A stretch of 64,000 nt of DNA from positions 3,348,001-3,412,000 of the forward strand of contig MU059829.1 in assembly GCA_013265495.1 (NCBI GenBank). Reading direction: 5' to 3'. The DNA comes from Vicugna vicugna. Lineage: Eukaryota. The notes below the pieces were generated by a model that was not told the DNA's origin, ran no database searches, and saw nothing but the letters and a program-made list of their open reading frames with translations. Position 1 is the first letter of the stretch, and every line of letters begins with the position of its first letter. The position numbers were made by a program, and so were the translations under genes. This document shows positions 12,640-23,399 of this stretch, piece by piece.

Positions 12640-13250
12640 GCTTCAGTTCTGAGACCCTCTTGATGAACCCAGCCACCAAGGCAAACCCCAGACTCTGCGA
12701 GCGGGGAAGTGCCCCTGCCCGCCGTCCGCGCCGCCCGGGGTCACTGCCGCGGCCGGGCCCGGGTACGCGGGCGGTCCCCGGTCCCGAGGTTGGGCTCCTG
12801 ACAGGCTTCTCCCTCTTCCTGCAGAACCAGGCCGAAGGTTCAGTACAACGGCTACGCGGGGCACGAGAGCAGCAACGGGCAGGCCTCCTTCGAGAACCCC
12901 ATGTACGACACGAACTTGAAACCCACCGAGGCGAAGGCCGTGCGCTTCGACACGACTCTGAACACAGTGTGCACAGTGGTATAGCCCTCAGGGCCCGGGC
13001 CGCCTCACAGCCATACCTCGGACGGACAAGCAGTGACCCTCGGTGCCGCAGACCCGCCCCCCCCATCCCCGACGGGCCCAGAGCCGCCCGCGCGCCCGAG
13101 AGCCGCGGGGCCTGCCCTCCGGAGGTGGCCGCTCCAGGCCGGGGCGCGCCCGCCGGGACCCGCGCCCGGCCCTCCTCCTGCTGGGCTGCGACGCCTTTCC
13201 ACGCAGCCTCCGGGCACGGGGCGGAGTGGCAGCGCCACGTCGTGGGCTTG
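12640..13250. promoter_or_regulatory. CpG-rich region over the CSMD1 terminal exon
   Basis: Dense CpG and high GC on both sides of the last coding exon. Confidence 0.6.
12825..12984 (+). CDS. CSMD1: CSMD1 terminal coding exon (cytoplasmic tail); TRPKVQYNGYAGHESSNGQASFENPMYDTNLKPTEAKAVRFDTTLNTVCTVV*
   Basis: Acceptor cttctccctcttcctgcag|, stop TAG at 12982-12984. Contains FENPMY (NPxY) and the class I PDZ-binding end TVV characteristic of CSMD1. 46 of 52 codons end in G or C. Confidence 0.98.
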
Positions 13251-15940
13251 GTTGCTTTCTTTCTTTTTTTAATCCCCATGAATACAAGTACTCCAGAAAA
13301 CGAAAAGCGCTCTCGAGAAGACAGCTTCCTGGCAGGCGCGCACACCTCCAGCCGCTTCACTCTGCCCTCCCAGGACCGGACCAGCTTCCAGGGATTCGCA
13401 GCTCAGCTCAGCGTCCACTCCTGCGGCCGTCGGCACGTCTCCCGGTCAGCTGTCCCACTGCAGAATTTTTGATGCACAATTTTTTGCACTAGTGTGTTAC
13501 GAATGACTAAGATTCTGATAAACAAAATAAACTGTTCACCCGGGGTTTATACACAGTACGCGTTGTACATAAGCTCCCTCACACGCTGTCCAGCTACGCA
13601 TCCCACTGCAGTCCAGCTGGCGGGCTAGAAAAAAAGGGGAAAACCCCAGATGTGGCACAGGTTTTCAAAGGAAAAAATGGTATTGAAGAGATTTATTTTG
13701 TTACTGCTTCTTGTAGCTACAGAGATGTGCTGTATTCACGGAAGACGTCCAAGGAGGAAAAAAGAGGCCTTTTTATTTCCCACGTATTTCCTTTCTTCCT
13801 GTCGTCGCCCTCGCCTGTCGACATGACACTGCTTCCTCGCGGGTGGTCTGCAGCCATTCCTCTCTGCCCTGTACAGATGTGAATAGTAATTTATTTTAGG
13901 TAGCTCACGGCCTGTGGGTTCCGGCTCACGACACAGTCTTCCCTTCCGCATTGTGACGTTTGTGTCTCTTGCCATGCGGTCACTCTCCGGTGTTGCATCA
14001 AAGGGCAGTGACCACAGGAGGCCCTGAACTCGGTGGAAATTGTTCAGGATCCAAATATCAAGTGTTCCTTGGGAGGCAGAGAAGAGTTACACCCACTCTT
14101 CTTTCTGATGACTTATTTCATGTTACTTTGTCTTCTGTTTCATGCTTTATTATTCCAGGTGGAAAGAAAATGCCAGTGATTTTTTCCAGCTTAAAATTCA
14201 CCACAGGTAAACCTGCATTTCAGTATAAACAAAATAGGTATGATTCCCCCATGTGGATAAAATCACAACATGAAGTAGAAGGCATGGCAGTGAGAATGTC
14301 TATGTAACAAAGTCAGGGTGAAGATCATGTTTATTTTTATTTACAACCGTTTGATAAAAACATTTTGAAAAGACGAAGCTTATTTTATTGTTTGGGTTTT
14401 AAGAACATACTCCACTTACTGGAAATGCCCCTCCCCGCATCCCCTGCCGGCGTAGTGAGGCTCTGTCGCCTTTGGGGCGCGTCACACCTACTGTTACGAC
14501 TGGTGTGCGTGTCCTCTGGTGCATGTCTCGATGCCGGACTTCAAAAGTGAAAATGGAAAAAGAAAAATGGTAAGAGCTCGTTCCTTCCAGAGCTTGGGTC
14601 GGAACGTGTCAGTCGCTCTGACCTGCCGGGCGCCCGCCGTCCTGCGGCCTGGCTGAGGGGCAGACGCCGTCGGGGCGCCTGGCTGGCGCCCCCCGCCCCT
14701 CCCTGGCCTTTGCGATCGCCCAGGACTGAACTCCGCTGTCCGACGCCGAGTTCGCTGCGCAGGCCGCTCCGGCCAACCTGGCAACGCGGCCGAGCTCTGC
14801 TCCGCAGCCGGGAGGCCCTCCGAGGCTTTTCCTCCCAGACGAGATGGAGCCGCCGAGCCCGCTCCTGACACCCTCGGGGGTGGGGACCCAGGGAGACGGC
14901 GGGGAGTGAGCGTCGCTGTGCGCAGGGAGACAGGGTTCTAGACGTCCCAGGTGTACATACACATACATTCCCACGTGTAAATAGACACAGAGTGTACATA
15001 CTCGGTTTGAGTCTCTCAAACTAGGTGCAAAACGCTGACTCAGAGTCTGAATCAATGTCTCTCTCCACATCCCGACCCGCCTGCTGGTCAGCGACGTTGC
15101 CGAGTCCTGAAGTGACAGGACGCACACCACACGAGAAGCCACATACCAGACTAGACACGGTTCTCCTCCTCCGCGTGCAGAGTCAGAGCGTCCTTGGTTG
15201 CCAGTTTGGAGCATGTTACTAAAAAAACAACCGACTCCATGAACCCCTGTGAGAGCCCTGCCTAGTTCCTCCCCGGGGTGTGTGCGGTGTGACCGGACCC
15301 GCGAGCGCTTGCTGAGCCGGGCCGGAGGACCCGTCCGGGAGCCGCGGGACGTGGAGCGATGGGCCCCGCCACAGGTCATGTGCTTCAGAGCTGTGCAAAC
15401 TGCTGCTTGTCCCCACACACCTTGCCTTTCTTCAGGCTAGCTGCAATAATTTTTTTCTTCTGTAAAATATTTTGTAAACAACCACACAAAAAAGCTACTA
15501 TAAACAAAGGGGAACAGAAGGCTGCATTACGATCAGGAAACCCATGGTCACCCCCATCCGTCTGTCTCGCCGTCTCACCACATGCTGCTGACCCCAAGTA
15601 GGTGCAAACGACCTTTTTGTACAGAGATATATTTTTTATGAAGAATTTGTAAAATTATTAAATACGCTGTAATTTTTTGATTAATGTAGGTAAATTGTTA
15701 AAAAAAATAAATGTTTTTACAAAACTGTAATTTTCCCAATTATGTACAATGTACGCTCTAGCTGACTCTCAGTTCTGATCCTATCACACATGTATTAATA
15801 TTAAAGTGACCTGTTAAAATGAACAGTATCTTTTTTTGTCAAAAAAATTATACAGAGTGTAATATAGCCTGTGCAATGCCACCTATCTTTAAAGCGAATC
15901 AGAGTTCTAATTAAATATTTAATTTTAGATTTCTACTTTT
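12985..15940 (+). other. CSMD1: CSMD1 3' UTR (about 2.95 kb)
   Basis: Follows the stop codon. AT-rich blocks alternate with GC-rich sequence, ending in tandem poly(A) hexamers and a U/GU-rich downstream element. The exact cleavage site is inferred. Confidence 0.8.
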
Positions 15941-15963
15941 CGGTGTGAATTTATTTTCGTTTG
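15706..15963 (+). terminator. CSMD1: CSMD1 polyadenylation region: AATAAA 15706-15711, ATTAAA 15800-15805 and 15910-15915, U/GU-rich downstream element ~15937-15963
   Basis: Hexamers read directly. Many upstream TGTA (CFIm) motifs. Composition switches sharply back to GC-rich after 15963. Confidence 0.75.
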
Positions 15964-18900
15964 CGCGCGTGCACGTGAGTCTCTGGAAGGGGAGAGCAGA
16001 GGGAGAGCGTGAGCAAGGAGCTCCCAGCGTGCGAGGAGGGGCGCCCCGCCGCACGGCGCCCCCCGGGGCTGCGGCCGGGGCCAGCACGCGGACGCTGGTA
16101 ACGCTTCTCGGCGGTTTGCCTTAAAATCAGTGAGCTTTCTGCCCCCTAAACCAAAACCAAGCCTATATTTTTATGATTAAAAAAAATTGGGAGTTCTTCC
16201 TGTAAACCTTCACAACACTGAAAATGACACGCGAGCAGCAGCTCAGGGCTCGCGCCTGCAGCAATCACCGCCCCGGCCGCCCGGGGCTGGGAGAAAACGG
16301 GCCGTCTCCTCGTCCTGAGCGGCCGTCAGGCCGAACGCCCAGCAGTTAAACAGAACGATACGCTGATTTTCCTGAGAGTCAGGTTATTACAAAATAAAAA
16401 CCACCGATAATAAACACAAAGCCCCAGCGTGGCCTCAAGTAACGAAGTTCTGACATCCCGCTCGGCGTCTGCGTCTCCTGGACCAGCAAGTGCCGCTGGA
16501 GGCCAAACATTAGGACCCCGGGTGGCAGTCACAGCTCCAGACCGCCCGCCCACAGGCCAGCGAACAGTCTCTAGAAAGTGGGTTTCTCCTTCCCTTTCAG
16601 AAGCGACGGAGCAGCAGTTCAGAGAAGCCAGCCAGGTGGGCCGGGGGCGCGGGCTGGGCGGGGCTAGGCTGGGCCTCTGGATTTAACATTCTTTTTTTCC
16701 ACTAAAAATTATTATCGAGTCATCAACGCTCCCTTTCCCTGCAATTAAAATGTCCCTGTCTTTCTAAACTGTAAACACAGTTTTTGTTTCATTTGGTAAA
16801 CGATTACTACACGTTAAGAATTCCAGGAGAAACCCACACCCCCTGTTACCAGTTTTAATGTCCCCAGAATTGCTCACACACAACATACGCTCAAGGAATA
16901 CTGAGCCACCTGCCGTGGAACCCGGGAGCGCGGCGACTCCCTGTGGGTCCTTGTCCAACGCGCGGAAATCGCCGGAGAGTTCTGCCCCTTACTGACCTCT
17001 CTACCTACGCATCTTGAAAATTGACTGCAGATTAATCCTGGGACTTGAAAATCCGCCTCTGAATTAGTACCTGGGATGTGACGGAGCACCCTGCACAGAG
17101 CAGGTCCTCAAATACCCGCTGACTCCGAACCAGGGGCGCTGGACCCTCTTTCTGAAGGACGGTGAGTTTCGCACATCCTCGCCGGCGGGGTGCGCACGGC
17201 GCGGTGACGCAGGAGGGGTTTGCAGCAGTGGTCCATGTTGTGATGACAGTGAACAGTCTGACTTGCCCTTTGTCTCGGCTGAATTACTTTCAGACGGGGG
17301 CAGGGGCTTTTGACTGAGGCTAAGCGCCTACAAGAGCAACGTCCACCTCACTGGACGGCACTGCTGGCGAAACGGGGCCCGCCTCCCCTTTTCTCCCTCT
17401 GGGAACGCTGTCCCCAGGACGGTCAGCCCGGGTACGGGATCAGCCAGAACCCCCCAGGCGGCCCGACATCCTCTCTGCCCCTTCCACCCCTCGCCTGGAC
17501 GCTGGGCTGTTCTGGTCCTGGACGCCACCACACCTTTCTAAACATTCCGTTTTTTTCCTCTTCCACGTCTCCGCACCTGGGAGGAGCACAGGGAACTCAG
17601 CAGGTGGAGTTACAAGTGGGCAGATTCAGGAAGTTCCTCTGCAGGGCTGGGCTGGCCCCACCTTGGGGCTCAGCACTCAGACTGCCATGGTGGCCAGCGG
17701 GCTTGGGTCCGGGATGGACACAGTGTGAGTCTCCAGGTGACTAGGGATGGTTGTTCGGGGAGGCTAGGGCTCAGCTAACACCTCATCTTGTCGACTTTCC
17801 TCCAAACCCAGCAGGTGAATGCAGGCCTCTGTGCACCTGTGGCCAACCAGAAGCGCCCCATGGCTCTGTCAACCTTCAGGCCCCGCAAGGGCGACAAGAG
17901 ACCCTCCACGAGGCTTGGCCTGCTGGCGATACCGGGGTTGAAAGGGCAGCACACAGCTGGCAGGACCACCGGGGGCTCTGTCGCTGGTGTGCCTGGTGTC
18001 CGGGGCCCCACAGGGCTGTCACCCACGGGCCATGGGCAGCGAGCCCCGGGGCTGATTCACTCCACGGGACAGAACCGCACACCCTCGACCCTACTCCCGT
18101 TTCCCCTCCCGTCCCCGTGAGTGTGAGGATGCGCTTCCTTCTGTCAGTTACGGGAACAAGGGACTCGGGCCAGAGTCAGGGACGCTGGTGCGAGCTGCTC
18201 ACCCCAGAGCACTGTGCTCGCCAGGGTTAAAATCCCAGCCTCTCTGCACTGATGAGGCTGTGGCTTCCTTTACCCCGGCCCAGACAAATGGCATCTATGA
18301 TTATTTCAACAAGTAACACAGAGGAAGTAACTTTGTTACAGTTCCACAGAGTCAGGGACAGCAGGTGGTTACGAGCCAGAGGACAAAGACTGGGAAGCCC
18401 ATGCGGCTTTGCGGGGCATCCCTAGAGCCTGCCTCAACGGTGTTTCTGAGGTCTTCTGTTTCACAGGGTCTGTGATGTTTCTTGACCCCTGTTACTCATC
18501 AATGGCTCATCTAAGGAAGGCATGCTTCTCTCAACCTGCTGGTCCTTGCCCTCGTGGCTGCAGACTGGCTGCCATTGTTCCAGCCATCACACCTTGTTAA
18601 GGCAAGAAATCCAAATGTGCAAAGTAAAGAAAGCTGACACCAGCCACACTCTTTTGTATCTAGAAAGCCAACAATTTCACAAAACCTCATCTCCCCCCAC
18701 GGCCTCCAGCAAACTTCCATTTCCAGCTCATTGCCCAGAATCAGGCCACAAGCCTCCCACAGATGCAAAGGAAGCTGGAAAAACAGACAATGGGAATTTC
18801 CCACATCGTTAGGATTCATCATTTGGGGACAGGTCAGAAATTCCCCAATTACAATTTGTATTTTGATGATAACAAAAATGAGGAAGATAAGTTACTTTAA

Positions 18901-20259
18901 AGCATTTTCCCCTTTGAGAATAAAGCAACCCCACGAGCTGACCCCTCTAAACAGAAGCCAGGCTCTTGGCCTCCCAGCAGTGAGGACCAGGTCTCACTGC
19001 CTCCACAGTCCTGCATCGCTGCACGTTCTCATTGTAGATTTTACTCCCCCAGCCCACCCTCCTCTTTTTTGTTAATTCAGAGCTTTAAAACAAAAGGACA
19101 CACAGACAAAAATAAGTTTATGAATTCATGTACTTACTAATTTAGATAAATTTGTTTATGAGTAGGGTAGAAGTAATTCAGTTGTGTCCTACCGAGACAA
19201 AATGTATATAAATAAAGTTTAATTGGGAAAAATGATTTACACCGAAGTTACCTCTTCTTACTGTTCTGGTGAAAGGGGGCGCGTGTGTGTTTAAAAGACC
19301 TAAGCAGATGTTCTGGAGAAGAAGGGTGGAAGCCTTATGACAGGGGGTGCCTCTGTGAACATTCACACATGTTGCACGTGGCTTTTATCGCTCAGAGAGC
19401 ATGTACCGGCTTATGGAAAAAGTAAACATATGTTGTTACAGCTGTCGTGTCAGCTTCAGAAGCAGTGATCACACCTTCCTGCGCATTTGCTGTGAGTTAC
19501 AGGCAGGACGATGGGTCTATTTCTTTTATTATTGTGTCTGAGGCATAGATTCTAGTGACAAATCTGAAAAAGATAAAAATAAGACCCGAGCTTTAGAGCT
19601 TTGTATAAACTTTGTGTACACACTAAAATTTTTTTAAAAATCAGTTAATGTGTATTTACACTTTTAGGCAACATTCAAAGCCAAGCAATATTTAGCTAGT
19701 GATGTCTGTAAAATTACAACAAGTTATGTAAGAAAGTCATATGCTACTTACGAAATGCAACTGCAGGAACTACTGCCCATGGAAGTGAAGAGTCTATTGT
19801 CCTAAACAGAGTGTGACAGAAACAAACAGAATGTGACAAAAACAGCCTGGCAGCGAAGTAACTGCAAGTTAATACACAGAGGTGCTGTCGTAAGCCAGCT
19901 CAACTAGGGGAGAATCAATCAGCCTGCTTTCCAAAGCGGGGGGGCCATGAGCAACGGACACGGTCCCCACGTGCATGTTTGGGAATGTGGACTGACAATC
20001 TTTGTAACGCTGATACATTCTGGCCTGTTAGCATGACAGACAAAAACAAATCCTAAAAAATAAATCTGAAAGAAAACTAAACACAAGCTCTGTACTAAAT
20101 AAATATCCACACACACATACATTTATAAATGGTTAAACACAAAAATAAATAAAATACAACAAACTACTGAATAAAATAAAACAGCAGTAGCACACTCACG
20201 GATGTAGACAACAAACTAAAGAGCATCCTACTTTCGGTGCAGAAATGGTGTTGGTGACC

Positions 20260-20410
20260 TGAAAATGCGGGGTTGAAATCCCAGCTGCGCCCCTACTAGC
20301 TCCATGATCTCAGGAAGCGTTACATGTCACTAACCAGAATCAGGCTCACGTGTAAAACTGGGGGTAACACACTCCATTCTCGGACATGATGAGGATCTAG
20401 TGTGCGACAG
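20260..20410 (+). mobile_element. MIR SINE remnant
   Basis: gggttgaaatcccagctgcgcccctactagct...ctcacgtgtaaaactgggggtaa...gatgaggat follows the MIR core. Confidence 0.6.
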
Positions 20411-20634
20411 AAGCTACTCAGAATTCAGAAACACTATTCTGGGGCACGGAAATCAGTGCCCTCTCTCTGAGGGATGATTCCATGAAACCTATTTTTCAAA
20501 ATGGTGCACCAATTAGGTTAGACCAAGGTGGGCAACAAGCAGACCCCAGACGCTGCGGCTCCATCCAGATGTGTGTTTCTCACGCACCAGGAGCTCAGGG
20601 TGAGTGTCCAGTCTGGTGAGGTGGGCCACCACCT

Positions 20635-20682
20635 CCCAGGCGGTCATTCAGGGACCCAGGTGGTCATTCAGGGACCCAGGTG
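20635..20682. repeat. Short tandem duplication, 20-bp unit CCCAGGTGGTCATTCAGGGA x ~2.4
   Basis: Read directly; one mismatch between the copies. Confidence 0.9.
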
Positions 20683-20889
20683 ATGACGGTTCATCAGAGG
20701 TCCCCTCCCAGACGAGAAACAGAATAGAGAGACATGCCTGCGGGATTCTGCAGAGCAGAACAGCAATAAAACCACCACCACACACACTCCTTTGGGGAAA
20801 ACTTAGTCATGAGACCACAAGGAACAGCTAAGGGAGACTGAGAGCCTTAGGTGGACCCAAAGATGGGGGTGGCTCTTGCAGACAGCTTG

Positions 20890-21130
20890 TTGTGGCTGCT
20901 ACAATCACCTACAGAGTCGCGTGCAAAGATATTTGTACAAGGAACTGCCTGGCCAATTTATAATAAGAAATAACTATCCATCCACAGGTGTCCAGCTATG
21001 TGAGTTACTGCACAGTCACAACAGAGGTTATTACAGAGCAAGTGAAAGGAAGAATGGTGGAGCATGTTGCTACAGCACAAAGCTGAAATAATAGTAAGAG
21101 GTCAGTGTCTGCGACACACATGTACATACG
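20890..21130 (+). mobile_element. Decayed L1ME-type fragment
   Basis: gtgcaaagatatttgtacaagga...tttataataagaaa resembles the L1ME ORF2/3' region. Confidence 0.45.
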
Positions 21131-21259
21131 TAACACATTGTCCAGCGTCACTGACATTTGATACAGGACTGTGTGCGTTTTAGGTGCACAACGTGACGAC
21201 CTGACACACATACACATTCTGAACTGATTACCACGGTAAGGTCAGAGAACACCTCCTTC

Positions 21260-22170
21260 ACCTTGCACTGTTAGTTTTTTGCACATGCTGAGAGTATTTA
21301 CGACCCACACGCTTAGTGACTTCCCAGTAAGGGACGCCCAGCACGCCGGGGCCCAGTGCTCGTTCCCGCCGCAGCTGGAACCTGGTGCCCCTCGAACATT
21401 TCCTCAGTCCCATGTCCCCACCCCTGGCGACCACCATCATACTCTCTCTGAGTTTTCCTTTTCTTACAATTACACATTAAATGAGATCATATGTGTTTGT
21501 CTTTCTCCATTTGACTGACTTCACTTACCATAATGTCCTCAAGGTCCAACCACGTTGTCAGAGTTCCCTTCTTTTACAGCTGAGTAATACTTCATCCTGT
21601 ACACCCAGCCGTCTGGCAGCGGACGTGCAAGCGGTCTCCGTATCTCAGCTATTGTGAATAAGGCTGCACCACGTCACATCCAGCAGGGCGCGAGGGCTCC
21701 CTTCCCTCCACGGCCTCGCCAGCTCTCGTTACGGTTCGTCTTTCTGATGACAGTCATTCCAGTGGGAGTGAGGTGACACCGCACTGTGGCTGCCATTTTG
21801 TCCCACTGAGGATTAGTGATCTGACATCTTTCAAGTTACCTGTTGGCTATTTACATTCTTCTTTGGAAAATGCCTATTCTGGTTCTCTGCCCATTTCAAA
21901 AATAGGATTATTTGTTTTTTGTTAATGAATTGTGTGAGTTCCTTAAATATTTAACCTCTTGCTGAACATGTGGTTTGGAGGTATTTTCTCCTGCAAAATA
22001 TGTCGCCTTTTATTTTGTTAGTTCCCTTTGTTGCACAGAAGCTTTTTAGTCCAATGTAGTCCCACTTGTTGACTTGCTTTTGTTGCCTGTACCTCTGGTG
22101 TCACACCCAGAATCACTGTTAAGACGACGTCAGGCAGGCCTTCCTCTGTCTGCTTCCAGGAGGCATAAAC
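21260..22170 (-). mobile_element. L1MA-type LINE-1 3' end plus ORF2 C-terminal remnant
   Basis: Antisense landmarks ccctggcgaccaccat, gagatcatatgtgtttgtctttc, ttcacttaccataatgtcctcaaggtcc, cagaagctttttagtccaatgtagtcccacttg. Confidence 0.8.
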
Positions 22171-23399
22171 CCTCCTCTCTGCAGACACAGCACCGCAGAC
22201 AACGCCTCTGCAGCGTCCGCCCTCAGTAAGAGTTCTGTCCACGCTGACATCTCCTTTTGCTAATTAAAGTGGGAATAATCTATATTTCTTAATAAAATTA
22301 GCACCCTGTGGAAATGACCCAAAGGATCCTTTTAGAATATAAATTAGGAAAGGTGTGAGCAGATTATTACTGAAAAATATTAGGAACTAGAAGAAAGCTT
22401 TTCATTGAAAATAAAAATGAAAGGTCTGGGGCCAGTGCTCTAAAAGCTACTTTGCAGAACCCTCATCATCTCCATCCTCCTCACCATCACCGCTATGGTG
22501 CTATTTCCTGGGTGCCCAGCGTGAGGCTGACCTACGTTTCACTGACTGTCATCTGCTCTGAAAACAAAGATTACACGAGAGGACAATTTGAATCAACAGA
22601 GGCACATCTGGCACCCTGTTACACGAAGTATTTTAAAGACCGCTTTGCCCTGGTAGGTGATAGACACTTTGAGGGTCAGGAGGAGGGAAGAAACGCCTCT
22701 TTGGCCCCACTGGTGTCGACATTTAAGTCGTGTAAATGAAAGCACAGTCATTAATTACACTTTGCTGCGGAGAGTTATTGAGATTGGTTTTCCCTTCCCG
22801 TCCCTGTGCTCAGAGCACCTGGAGGTCTGTCCGTCCATCACTGCCCAGCAGCCCCTGCCCTCGGGGGATGTTGAGTGCACCTGTGTGTCTGCAATTGCAG
22901 CTGTGACTCCAGCCTCAGTCATCACATGCATCCCGTGTTCCTGGGCAGGGCCACTGCCTCAAGGGAAGGCAGGCAACTAAAATTAATACCGAGTACATTT
23001 CAAACCTTTTATTTAAATTTTGGTGAAAAAAGTATTCTCTTTCCTCTGCCCAGGCACTGGAGGGTTACCCCAGCGGATGCCAGCAGCCACCTGTGACCCC
23101 AGGCGGAGAGAGACCGTGAAGGGCTTCCTCCGTCCCCGGCAGCAGAGCTGACGGCGGATCAGAGGCGCTCCTTCCAAGAGCCCGTGACCCCCGCACCTCT
23201 GAGTCACCAGCTTAACGGGGCTGTTTTTTATTCCTTGAAATCAAAAGCCTGCTAATGGATGCCAACAGCGAACAATTCCAGATCTCCCTGCCTGATGTAA
23301 CTGCCACCGAGCGCCTTCTCACTGCCGTACACGTTTTAAAATATCGCAGAAAACATAAAAATTAAGTGCGGGTCCAGAGAGAAATGCCTGGAAAGCAGC

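Noticed and set aside
12660-13472. 270-aa ORF (and antisense 274-aa ORF) across the CSMD1 last exon as an overlapping gene
   Set aside because: It is an alternative frame kept open by high GC3 and CpG-rich flanks; the peptide is unrecognisable.
22188-22206. REST/NRSE-like site CAGCACCGCAGACAACGCC (16/19 to consensus)
   Set aside because: Two mismatches fall in the critical GGACAG half-site (AGACAA), and it sits at the edge of an L1 fragment.
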